64,000 bases of DNA from Anaeramoeba ignava BMAN (Eukaryota > Protista > Anaeramoebae). The notes under the pieces are model-generated. The model did not search any database and was not told the origin of the DNA. It was given only the letters and a program-made list of their open reading frames with translations. The stretch covers positions 434,001 to 498,000 of the forward strand of contig JAPDFW010000136.1 of the NCBI GenBank assembly GCA_028826165.1, given 5' to 3'. This document shows, piece by piece, positions 1 to 19,558 of the stretch. The position numbers and the translations under genes were made by a program. Position 1 is the stretch's first letter. Each line of letters begins with the position of its first letter.

Positions 1-7339
<7,339 letters not shown>

Positions 7340-7469
7340 TTAATAATTAAAAAAAATAATAAAATAATAAAATAAAAAAAAGAAAAAGAGAAAAAATAAA
7401 TTTCATTTTTTTCTTTTCAAAATAAAAAATAAAAAAAAAATTTTTTTATTAAAATAATTTAAAAATAAA

Positions 7470-9221
7470 ATGAATCAAGACGAACATTATCGGTTATTTA
7501 AAATTAATAAAACAATTCTTCAAATGCTTCATGATAGAAAATATATTGTAGAAAAAGGATTAGTTGAAAAATCATTTGAAGAATTTAAAGAATCACATCA
7601 AGGAAATCCAACGTAAAAACATTTCCAAAACACTTAATCAATTTAATAATCAATTTAATAATCAATTTAATAATCTTTTTAATAATAAATTTAATAATCA
7701 ATTTAATAATAATTTTAATAATAATTTTTATAATCTTTTGTAGCCGAGAAGATTTACAAAGAATGGCAACAAAAATTGAAGATCCTTCTATTCATATTTT
7801 TATTTTTTTTCCTCCTAAAGAAACTGTTGGTATTGATCAGATAAAGGAATTTGAAAAAAAAATGGCAGATGGTGCTGTTCATCGTGCTATTCTTGTTATT
7901 CAAAACAAAGTTTCTCCATTTGCGAAAAAAGTAATTTTGATTTAAATAATTTGATTTAAATATTTTGATTTAAATATTTTGATTTAAATATTTTGATTTA
8001 AATATTTTGATTTAAATATTTTGATTTAAATAATTTGATTTGAATATTTTAATTAAATATTTTGATTTAAATATTTGATTTAAATATTTTGATTTAAATA
8101 ATTTGATTTAAATATTTTGATTTAAATAATTTTGATTTAAATATTTTGATTTAAATATTTGATTTGAATATTTGATTTGAATAATTGATTTAAATATTTT
8201 GATTTAAATAATTTTGATTTAAATATTTTGATTTAAATATTTGATTTGAATATTTGATTTGAATAATTTGATTTAAATATTTTGATTTAAATAATTTGAT
8301 TTGAATAATTTAAATATTTTGATTTAAATATTTGATTTTTGAATATTTTTGAATATTTGAATTTTGATTTGAATATTTGATTTGAATAATTTGATTTAAA
8401 TATTTTGATTTAAATAATTTGATTTAAATAATTTGATTTAAATATTTTGATTTAAATAATTTGATTTGAATATTTTGATTTAAATATTTGATTTGAATAT
8501 TTTGATTTAAATAATTTAATTTAAATATATTAATTGAATATTTTAATTAAATAATTTTAATTGAATAATTGATTTGAATATTTGATTTAAATATTTGATT
8601 TGAATATTTTAATTTAATAATTGATTTGAATATTTTAATTTAAATATTTGATTTGAATATTTTGATTAAATAATTTGATTTAAATAATTTGATTTAAATA
8701 ATTGATTTGAATATTTTGATTTAAATAATTTGATTGAATATTTTAATTTAAATAATTTGATTTGAATATTTGATTTGATAGTATATTGTATCTCTTGCTC
8801 CAGAAAAGATAATGGAAATTTTTCATGAAAATGAATTACTAGTTAATATTACAGAACATAAACTTGTTCCAAAACATGAACCTCTTACTGATGAAGAGAA
8901 AAAAGCTTTATTAGAAAGATAGTAAATATAATTTTTATAAAATCAAATTTCTCAAAAAAAAAATTTCACATCTTTTTAATTTATTTTTTTTACAATAAAT
9001 TTAAAAGTAAATTAAAAGAAACTCAATTACCAAGAATTAGTGTAGATGATCCTGTTGCACGTTATCTTGGTTTATCAAAAGGACAAGTAATTTAATTTTA
9101 TTTTAATTTTAATTTTATTTTAATTTTATTAAAATTTAATCCAAAAAAAAAAAAGGTAGTAAAAATTAAAAGACCAAGTGAAACTGCTGGAAGATATGTT
9201 ACTTATCGATTTGTTTGTTAG
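7470..9221 (+). CDS. RPB5: DNA-directed RNA polymerases I/II/III shared subunit RPABC1
   Basis: Five exons: 7470-7612, 7744-7930, 8782-8921, 9008-9086, 9156-9221, all GT-AG. Spliced product includes 'QMLHDRKY', '[19 protein letters not shown]', '[17 protein letters not shown]' and '[18 protein letters not shown]'. Confidence 0.96.
7931..8781 (+). repeat. RPB5 intron 2 filled by a degenerate ~14-15 bp tandem repeat (ttgatttaaatatt)
   Basis: GT at 7931 and AG at 8780-8781; the interior is tandem copies of the unit. Confidence 0.9.
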
Positions 9222-9578
9222 ATTGATTTCAATTTCATTCCAATTTCATTTCAATTTTATTTCAATTTTATTCCAATTTTATTCCAATTTTCTTTTAAAT
9301 AAAAAACGGAAAAAGTTTTTTTTTTTTTTTTTGATGTTTTCTAAAAAAAAATTTTATTCTCTTGTATGATAAGAAGAAGAAAAAAAAAATTCAAAAAAAA
9401 AATTTGTTTGGATTTCAAAGAAATGAATTAAAAAAAAAATAGTTGAAAGATTGTATTAAAAATTGATTTGAATTAATTTGAATTGATTTGAATTGAGTTA
9501 AAGTTGGAAAAAAAAGAAAAAGAAAAGTGAAAAGTGGAAAGTGGAATGTTAACCAAAAAGAAAGAACTGAGAAAGAAT

Positions 9579-10776
9579 TTACCAATTTCCATCTTTTTTA
9601 GAATCTTCATTATCCCAATCACTATCACTATCACTTTTATCATCAGGTTTTGTTTGGTCAGCGTTATCTTGGTCAGCAACTTCGTTATCACTTTCATCTT
9701 GAGCTTGATCTTCAGCTTCTTGTTTTTTTTTTTCTTCTTCTCTTTGTTGTTTTGCCTTCTCTTCTCTTTCTCTTTCTTTTTCGTTCTCTTTTTCTTTTTG
9801 TTGTTGTTGTTCAATTTCATCAGGATCTCGATAAATGAATAAATCAACTGAAACATTCCATTGTTGTTTTCGAGAAATTTCTCCTCTAAGTCTAAGTACT
9901 TCTCTTGCAAGCATCCAATAGAGTAATCCAATACTTAATTTTCCTTTGTTATTGGATGGGATTGCAATATCAACAAAACGAAGTGGTGAATCAGAATCAC
10001 AGAAAGCAATTGTTGGGATATTAACATAACTTGATTCAACAATAGCCTAAAGTATTTTTTTTAAATTTCATGTTAAGTTTATTTTTATTAAAATATTTTT
10101 TTTAAATTTCATGTTAAAATATTTTTTTAAATTTCATGTTAAAATATTTTTATTAAAATATTTTTCTAAATTTCATGTTAAAATATTTTTTTGAAATATT
10201 TTTCTTTGTAGTTGAAATGTTTTGATTTGTATTGAATTTATGAATAAAACAAACCTGATGATCAATTCTTGGGTCGGTTGCAATCAATAAAGTGGGTTCA
10301 ATATATTTCTTTTGGATATAATTAGTGAAAGTACCTGGAGTAAATCTTCCAGCAATAGCATGAGTACCAGTATATTTAGCGAACTTAAGAACAGCTCTTT
10401 GTCCATAAGGTCTTGCAGAAATAACACAAACATTTTGAGGATTTTTAACGCCAGCAATGATTCTTGCAGCAAGATGAAGCTTTTCCCAAGTGACTGCTAA
10501 GTTAATCAAGTTCAAACCATCTTTTCTTTGTTTGAAAATGTAAGGAATCATCATGTTTTCTAAATTGTGAGTTCCTAAATGAACTGAACATGCAAGCATC
10601 ATCTTTAAATCTTCTTTTCTTTGTTCTTGACTGATGTAAGTCAATGCAGTTCTTTGAGTTACTTTTTGTTTTTTTTGTTTTTTTTCTTTCTTTGTTTTTT
10701 TTGGTTTTGTGATTTCTGGTTTTTTTTCAAGTGTTTCTTCTGTTTGTTTTGGAGTTTCTACTACTGTGTCAGTCAT
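9579..10776 (-). CDS. RPSA: 40S ribosomal protein SA (uS2)
   Basis: 'MLACSVHLG', '[15 protein letters not shown]', '[12 protein letters not shown]' and '[12 protein letters not shown]'. One GT-AG intron at 10047-10254. Lys-rich N-terminal and acidic C-terminal extensions. Confidence 0.97.
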
Positions 10777-10927
10777 TTTTTTTTTAAATTTTTAAGAGAA
10801 AAAAAATGAAAAAAAAAAATTTTTTTTAATTAAAAAAAAAATAAATTAAAAAGGAGAAAAAAAAATAATTTTTTTTAAATTTTCTCCTTTCTTTTTTTCA
10901 TTTTTCTTTTTTATTTTTAAATATAAA

Positions 10928-12725
10928 ATGTTTTTTTCTTTATTTTTAATTTTAATTGGGTTTTTTTCTGCAATTTATTTATTTTTAGAAGGAATTAGAA
11001 ATTATTTTCTTCACATTTATAAATCAAACCCAAATTCAAATACAAATTCAAATACAAATTCAAATATAAATTCAAATTCAAATTTAAATTCAAATATAAA
11101 TTCAAATATAAATTCAAATATAAATTCAAATATAAATTCAAATTCAAATATAAATATAAATTCAAACTCAAATATAAAATCAAATTCAAATTCAAATACA
11201 AATCCAAATATAAATTCAAATCCAAATATAAATTCAAACTCAAATTCAAATTCAAATTCAAACTCAAATATAAACTTAAATTCAAATACAAATATAAATT
11301 CAAACTCAAATACAAATATAAATTCAAATTCAAATATAAATACAAATACAAATTCAAATTCAAATTCAAATTCAAATTCAAATATAAATTCAAATATAAA
11401 TTCAAATATAAATTCAAATTCAAATTCAAATTCAAATTCAAATATAAATTCAAATTCAAATTCAAATCCAAATTCAAACTCAAATATAAATTCAAATTCA
11501 AATTCAAATTCAAATTCAAATCCAAATACAAATTCAAATTCAAATTCAAATTCAAATTCAAATTCAAATTCAAATTCAAATTCAAATTCAAATTCAAATA
11601 CAAATTCAAATTCAAATCCAAATATAAATTCAAATACAAATTCAAATTTAAATGAATCAACCAAAATTGAATTTACAACTGAAATTCAAAATTTTAAAGA
11701 AACTTCTTCTTGGTTAAATTTATTATTTAATCATATTTTTAAGGAAATTGTTAATCAAGAATTTTTTATTTTGGTTGAAAATTTAATTCAATCAAAAATC
11801 AAATCATCAAAAATTCCACCTTTTATTGTAATTAAATTTTACATTTAAATTTCAAAATTTAACTTGATTTTCTTTTGAATTTAATACTTTTCTTTTCTTT
11901 TAAATATAAAATCAAAAGGATAATATGATAATAAATGATTTAAAAATTGGACCATTATTTCCAATAATAGAAGCAATTAAAATGGAAAAAATTAATGATT
12001 CTGATGATCTTCAATTTTTAGTTTCAATACAATTAGATCTTGAAAAAGAAAAAGAAAAAGAAAAAGAAAAACAATCAAAATCAAAACAAAATTTAATACA
12101 CAATTTCAATCATAATTCCATTCATAATTCCATTCATAATTCAATTAAAAATTCATTTCAAAATTCAATTCAGAACTCAATTCAAAATTTGATTAAAAAT
12201 TCAATTCAAAATCAAAATCAATTTCAAAATCAATTTCAAAATCAAAATCAATTTCAAAATCAAAATCAAAATCAAAATCAAAATCAAAATCAAAATCAAT
12301 TTCAAAATCAAATTCAAAATCAAATTCAAAATCAAAATCAAATTCAAATTCAAAATCAAAATCAAAATCAAAATCAAATCAATTTTTTTAGTTTTTCTTC
12401 TTCAGCTGAATTTGTTGTTAATTGGCCAGCTCAAAGATTTGCATATTTACCAATAAGTTTCCATTTTGAGATTGAAAAATTATTTCTTTATGCAAAAATA
12501 ATTATTCCCAATTTAATTAAATCTCCAATCAAATTAATTTTAGATCAAGAAACAGATATTCAAATTAATCTTAATTGTAAAATTGGAAAAGAAGATCCAG
12601 TTGAAAATTTTGAAGCTTTAATTCAATTTGTTAAAGAACATTTACATATGATTTTAGAAGAAATTATTCTTGAACCAAATGAGTTTTTATTTAACTTAAA
12701 AATTCCATTTAGAAAAGAAATGTAA
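10928..12725 (+). CDS. SMP/TULIP lipid-transfer protein, Mmm1 (ERMES)/PDZD8-like, with N-terminal TM and a long (NS)n linker
   Basis: Hydrophobic N-terminus. SMP motifs 'ETSSWLNLLF', 'IPPFI|DNMIINDLKIGPLFPII' and 'VVNWPAQRFAYLPISF', the last resembling the Mmm1 'LNYPKP...LPVSL' motif. Intron 11828-11918. Confidence 0.75.
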
Positions 12726-12853
12726 AACAATAATAATTATAATAATAATTATTAAATTCTTTTTATTTTTCTTTTTCTTTTTCTTTTTAAAATAAACTCA
12801 CTTTTAAAAAAAAAAATTTTTTTGTTTTTTTGTTTTTTTGTTTTTTAAAAAAA

Positions 12854-12946
12854 AAGAAAACTCAGATAATTTATGAGAGAATGTTTTCTCTTCATACAAA
12901 ATTGTCAGATGAGCTGGGTAAATTCGTATTTCTTCATCGTTTTCTT
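12854..12946 (-). ncRNA. Probable box C/D snoRNA guiding LSU rRNA 2'-O-methylation
   Basis: Minus strand shows an 8-bp terminal stem (aagaaaac/gttttctt), box C ATGAAGA, guide ACCCAGCTCAT, D' CTGA, C' ATGAAGA and D CTGA. The guide is complementary to conserved LSU rRNA TGAGCTGGGT. Confidence 0.8.
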
Positions 12947-13071
12947 TAATTTAAAAATTATTTTTAAAAATAAAAAAATAAAAAAATGAAAAACTATTTA
13001 AAAAATTTTTTTTTTCTTTTTTTTTTTTTCTTTTTCATTTTTTTTCTTTTTAAATCAAAATTTTAAAAATA

Positions 13072-14395
13072 ATGCTTTATTCAAAAGTTTCACTTGAAGA
13101 AATAATTAATTCAAGAGTTGTAGTTTTTGATACAGAAACAACTGGATTAACTTCTAAAGATAAAATAGTAGAAATTGGTGCAAGTAATTTAATAAATTAA
13201 AAAATAATTAATAAAAAATTTAATAATAAATTTTAAATAAAAAATTTTAGTTGAAGTTATAAATGGAAAAATTGGAGAAAAGAAATTTCATTCTTATGTT
13301 AATCCTCAAAAAGAAAGTCATCCAAGAGCATTACAAATACATAAACTAAATAACCAATTTTTATCTCAATTTCCAACAATTGAAAAACCACTTCTTGAAT
13401 TTTTGGATTTTGTTGAAGGAAGTATTCTTGTTGGATTTAATGTTGCTTTTGATTATAATATGTTATTAAGAGAATTAAAGAAATTAACAACTAAAGTTGA
13501 ATTTAAAATTGATTTTTTAAAGGAATTAAATCAAGAAAATGAATTAAAACAAGAAAATGAATTAAATCAATTAAATGAATTAAATAAACTAAATCAACTA
13601 AATGAAGATAAACAAATGATTATTGAGAATATTCAAGATATTCAAGATATAAATGAAAATATTCAAAATATTCAAGATATAAATGAAGATATTCCTTCAA
13701 AATCTAAATATATTAATTTGAAAATTGATCTCAAAATTGAAAAATTCAAAAAATTTTCAGATTGTAAATTCTTTTGTGTTAGACAAGGCTTTTATAGATC
13801 TCTAAAAAAATCAATTTCTTTTTCATCTTTGAATCAATTTTGTAATTTTTTTGATATTTCACTTGATTCAAGAAAAGATCGGCATGGTGCTCTTGTTGAT
13901 GCAGAATTAACAGCAAAACTTCTTATTAAATTAATTGAATTATCAAAATCAGATGAATTACTTGATAAATATGTAAATCAAATAATCGAATCAGCAAATA
14001 AAAAAACTATCAAAAAGGAAGTCAAAAATTTACAGCTTTTTGAGATAACAATTAATGAAGCTGAAGTTATGAGAAGAAAAGCATTAGAATTTTTTAATAA
14101 TTCAACAGAAGAAAAACTTATTAATGCTCGTTATATCACTTCAAAAAATGTTAAATTAATTACTGATTTAAGACCATTTAATTCTTTTAATGATCTTTGT
14201 CAAAAAATTAATTCTGTAAAAGGAATAACTGCAAATATTGTTTATTTATGGGTTCAAGATAATTTTACAGTTCTTGATAATATTATAGAAAAAGAAAAAG
14301 GAAATGAAAATGAAAAAGGAAATGAAAAAGAAAATGAAAATGAAAATGAAAAAGAAAAAGAAAAAGAAAAAGAAAAAGAAAAAGAAAAGATTTAA
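13072..14395 (+). CDS. DnaQ-like (Pol III epsilon-type) DEDDh 3'-5' exonuclease with C-terminal HhH-like domain, copy 1
   Basis: Exon 13072-13183, intron 13184-13250. ExoI 'VVFDTETTGL..KIVEIGAIEV', 'FHSYVNP', ExoII 'LVGFNVAFD', ExoIII 'RHGALVDAELTA'. C-terminal 'FFNNSTEEKL...LITDLRPFNSFNDL..KINSVKGI'. Confidence 0.9.
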
Positions 14396-14534
14396 ATAAC
14401 GATTTTTTTTTATCATAAATTATAATTGTTTTTTATAATAAAATTTAAATTAAAATTCTTCAACAAACATTATTTAACACTTACAAAAATTTTTTTTTCA
14501 TTTTTTTTCTTTTTAAATCAAAATTTTAAAAAGA

Positions 14535-17301
14535 ATGCTTTATTCAAAAGTTTCACTTAAAGAAATAATTAATTCAAGAGTTGTAGTTTTTGATACAGAA
14601 ACAACTGGATTAACTTCTAAAGATAAAATAGTAGAAATTGGTGCAAGTAATTTATTAAATTAAAAAATAATAAATCAAAAATTTAATAATAAGTTTTAAA
14701 TAAAAAATTTTAGTTGAAGTTATAAATGGAAAAATTGGAGAAAAGAAATTTCATTCTTATGTTAATCCTCAAAAAAAAAGTCATCCACAAGCATTACAAA
14801 TACATAAACTAAATAACCAATTTTTATCTCAATTTCCAACAATTGAAAAACCACTTCTTGAATTTTTGGATTTTGTTAGAGGAAGTATTCTTGTTGGATT
14901 TAATGTTGCTTTTGATTATAAAATGATATTAAGAGAAATAGAGAAATTCCAAAGCAAAGTTGAATTTAAAATTGATTTTTTAAATGAATTCAAACAAGAA
15001 AATGAAGATAAACAAATGGATATTGAGAAAAATGAAGATAAACAAATGATCATTGAAGAAAATGAAAATATTCCTTCAAAATCTAAATATATTAATTTGA
15101 AAATTGATCTCAAAATTGAAAAATTCAAAAAATTTTCAGATTGTAAATTCTTTTGTGTTAGACAAGGTTTTAATAAGTCCCTAAAAAAATCATTGCCACT
15201 TTCATCTTTGAATAAACTATGCAATTTTTTTGATATTTCACTTGATTCAAGAAAAGATCGGCATGGTGCTCTTGTTGATGCGTATCTAACAGCAAAACTT
15301 CTTATTAAATTAATTGAATTATCAAAATCAGATGAATTACTTGATAAATATTTCAATCGAAAAGGTGAATTAGAAAATAAAAAAAGGAAAAAGAAAGCTA
15401 AACCTGAACCAGTTTGTGAGATAACAATTAATGAAGCTGAAGTTATGAGAAGAAAAGCATTAGAATTTTTTAATAATTCAACACAAGAAAAACTTATTAC
15501 AACTCCTTTTATAACTTCAAAAAATGTTAAATTAATTACTGATTTAAGACCATTTAATTCTTTTAATGATCTTTGTCGAAAAATTAATTCTGTAAAAGGA
15601 ATATCTTCCCGTATTGTTAATTTATGGATTCAAAACAATTTTAAAATTCTTGAAAATATTATAGAATTAGGAAATAATTTAAATGAAAAAGAAAAAGTGG
15701 AAGAGGATAAATTTCAAAAAAAATCAAATTCAAATTCAAAATCAAATTCAAATTCAAATTCAAATTCAAAATCAAAATCAAAATCAAAATCAAATTCAAA
15801 TTCAAATTCAAATTCAAAATCAAAATCAAAATCAAATTCAAATTCAAAATTAAAAAAATATTCAAAATCAAATTCAAATTCAAATCAAGAATTTATTACA
15901 AAATTAAATCAAGATCTTATTTCAAGATTAAAAACATTTTATAATCCAAAATCAAATCAAAACTCAAAATCAAAATTAAACAAATATTCAAATTCAAATT
16001 CAAAATCAAATCAAGAATTTATTACAAAATTAAATCAAGATCTTATTTCAAGATTAAAAACATTTTATAATCCAAAATCGAATCAAAATTCAAAATCAAA
16101 ATTAAACAAATATTCAAATTCAAAACAAAAAATTAATCAATCAAATCAAGAAATAAATCAAGAAATAAATCAAGAAATTAATCAAGAAATGAATCAAGAA
16201 ATTAATCAAGAAATAAATAAATATTCTAATACAAAATCAAACCATTATTTTAATCCACAATTCTCTCAAAATCTTATCTCAAAATTTCAGATATTTTCTA
16301 ATCTAAAATTAAACCAATTTTCTCATAAAGAAATTAATCAAGAAATTAATCAAGAAATAAATCATTCAAATCAAGAAATAAATCAAGAAATAAATCAAGA
16401 AATAAATCATTCAAATCAAGAAATTAATCAAGAAATTAATCAATCAAATCAAGAAATTAATCAAGAAATTAATCAAGAAATTAATCAAGAAATAAATCAA
16501 GAAATAAATCATTCAAATCAAGAAACAAATCAAGAAATAAATCAAGAAATAAATCAAGAAATAAATCAAGAAATTAATCAAGAAATAAATCATTCAAATC
16601 AAGAAATTAATCAAGAAATAAATCAATCAAATCAAGAAATAAATCAAGAAATAAATCATTCAAATCAAGAAACAAATCAAGAAATAAATCAAGAAATAAA
16701 TCAAGAAATAAATCAAGAAATAAATCAAGAAATTAATCAAGAAATAAATCAAGAAATAAATCAAGAAATAAATCAAGAAATAAATCAAGAAATTAATCAA
16801 GAAATTAATCAAGAAATTAATCAAGAAATTAATCAAGAAATTAATCAAGAAATTAATCAAGAAATAAATCAAGAAATTAATCAAGAAATTAATCAAGAAA
16901 TTAATCAAGAAATTAATCAAGAAATTAATCAAGAAATTAATCAAGAAATAAATCAAGAAATAAATCAAGAAATAAATCAAGAAATAAATCAAGAAATAAA
17001 TCAAGAAATTAATCAAGAAATTAATCAATATTCTAATCCAAAATCAAATCATTATTTTAATCCACAATTCTCTCAAAATCTTATCTCAAAATTTCAGATA
17101 TTTTCTAATCTAAAATTAAACCAATTTTCTCATAAAGAAATTAATCAAGACTCAAATCAAAAAATTAAAACTCATTCTAATCCATTTTCCAATTATTTTA
17201 ATCCAAAACCAAATAACTCTTCCAATGAAAAAATAATTAATTATTTTAATCCATTTTCTTTCTATATTGATCCATTTCTCTATCCTTTTAATGAAAAATA
17301 A
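14535..17301 (+). CDS. DnaQ-like DEDDh exonuclease + HhH-like domain, copy 2, with a long (SN)/(QEIN)n repeat tail
   Basis: Near-identical 5' region and the same intron position (14647-14713). Same catalytic motifs, followed by a ~530 aa low-complexity tail. Confidence 0.88.
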
Positions 17302-17412
17302 AATGAATTTTTAAAATGAATTTGATTTTAAATTTTTTATTGAATTTTTTATTTTTGATTTAATTTTTAATTCCTTATTTCTTTTAATCTTGATTAGATT
17401 TTTTGATTGAAT

Positions 17413-19495
17413 TTATAATTCCTTATTTCTTTTGATCTTGATTTTGGAAGAAACATTCTTTTTTAAAAATTCAGCCATAGATTTTGATGTTTTCTCTCCT
17501 TCATATACAATATACTTTGGTTTATTTTTTGCAGTAAAAAGAACCATAGTTGGATATTGAGATAAAGCATAATCAAATTTAAGATTATTTTTAAATCCAT
17601 CAATTTTAGCAAATGTTAATTTTTTTGTTTTGGATAATTTTTTAGCTAATTCTTCAAATTGAATTGAAACTTCTTTGCATTCTTGACATAATTCTGAGTA
17701 AATCATAAGAAAAACATCATGATCTGGTTTCATTATAATATCATCCCAATTAGAATAAACTACTTTCTTAATTATATTAGAATCTTGATTTTTTGGAATT
17801 GGTTCGCTTTTGATTGAAAAAGATAATTTATTTTCAAGAAATCTAAATGAATTCAATAAATTAGAAAAAAATTTTTTATATTCCAATTTTTGATAAATAA
17901 ATAAATAAATTTTGAATGCTTTAGAATTATTTTTTTCAGATTTGATTACTTTGAAAAAAAGTCTTTAAGTCTTTCATATGAAATTTTTCCATTTTCATTA
18001 TCTAATCTATGAAAGTTTGACTAAATTTTTGATTTTGATTTTGATTTTGATTTTGATTTTAATTTTAATTTTGATTTTGATTTTGATTTTAATTTTGATT
18101 TTTGATTTAGATTTTGATTTTGATTTTAATTTTAATTTTAATTTTAATTTTAATTTTAATTTTGATTTTGATTTTAATTTTGATTTTGATTTTGATTTTA
18201 ATTTTGATTTTGATTTTGATTTTTGATTTAGATTTTGATTTTAATTTTGATTTTGATTTTGATTTTGATTTTGATTTTGATTTTGATTTTGGATTTGATT
18301 TTAATTTTGATTTTGATTTAATTTTAAATTTTAATACAGGATTTTTCCGATCTAATAAAACTAAAGATGGAAATGAAAAAACACCATATTTATCAGCAAA
18401 AGTTTGTAATTCAGGACCTTCAATCCAAGTAAATAAAATTTCACCTTCAAATTCAGTCGAAATTGCTTCAATTGAATCCAACAATTCATCTTTTGAGAAA
18501 AAATCAAGAAATATAATTGAAAGTGGCTTTGAAGAAGAGAAATACTTCTTTGTATTTGATAGAGTTAACTCTTCATAAGGTGGATTGCGATATTTGAAAA
18601 TAAATGATTTCAAATCATCAATATTATCACTTTTTAAAAAAAGTGTTTTATTCGAAAAATCTCGATAAAATTCAACTAATGGAAATTCTTTAACATGCAA
18701 TTCCTCAGAAATCTCTTTATTTTTCACAATTCCAATCTTGATTTCATTCATTTCTTCTTCATCTTTTATATTCTTTAATTCTTCAATATCTAAAATTGGA
18801 TTTTCCAAATAAAAAAAGATGTATAAATATAAATTTTGTTGGTCAATTTCCTGGATTAATAAATACATAAATCATCACAATCTGGTTTATGAATAATCAC
18901 AGATAATTTATGAGAAGTTGAAAACATTTGCGCTTGTTGAGCGCTATTGATCTGGATTAAGAACGGCATAATAAGACTAAAAGGAATAGTTTAAATAAGT
19001 ATATTTAAATAACTAGAAGATAGAAATAATCTAAGAGACATACCCTCGAATGTACTGGAGAATATCCTTTGAAGTTCTTTTACCGAAATATGTGTCATAT
19101 TGTTCTCCTTCTTTGTATATTTTGATCGTGGGAAAACCTAATAGTCGATATTTCGTTCTTAATTTCTGCGAATCTGAAGCATCAATCATCCCAAATCCAA
19201 CGCGTGAAGAATTTAGGAATGAAGCCACCTCTTCAAATACTGGAAGAGACTTTGCAATTACAAATCAAAAAAATTGATATTTTGTTTTGGAAAAATTTTT
19301 ATATTCAAAATATTTTATATTAAATACTTCGATTGATTTTGAACTGCTTTTAGAATGAAAATAAATAACCATCCATTGATAATCCCCAACAACTTGTTCT
19401 AACTCTTGGTCATTTAAATCTAATACCGACTTCTTACAATTCAAAGAAGGGATGAAAAAGGAAGAAATTAAAAGAATAAGATAAAATTTAATCAT
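17413..19495 (-). CDS. Protein disulfide isomerase-like protein (a-b-b'-a' thioredoxin folds)
   Basis: Signal peptide, 'YRLLGFPTIKIY..Y.GKRT', 'IKSEPIP', 'YSELCQECKE', 'FAKIDG..N', 'YPTMVLF' and C-terminal NKEL. GT-AG introns near 19250-19327, 18977-19043, 18790-18867, 18021-18336 and 17843-17949. Confidence 0.88.
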
Positions 19496-19558
19496 TTTAA
19501 ATTAATGAATAAAAAAAATGAAATAATTTAAATTGAAAATATTTTTTTGATTTATTTT

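Noticed and set aside
13490-13760. Insertion between ExoII and ExoIII of DnaQ as a possible intein
   Set aside because: It is short and low-complexity, and lacks N-terminal C/S and C-terminal HN splicing motifs. I recognised no Hint domain anywhere in the window.
17365-17445. Short imperfect direct repeat of the PDI stop-codon region
   Set aside because: A ~30-bp local duplication with no evident function.
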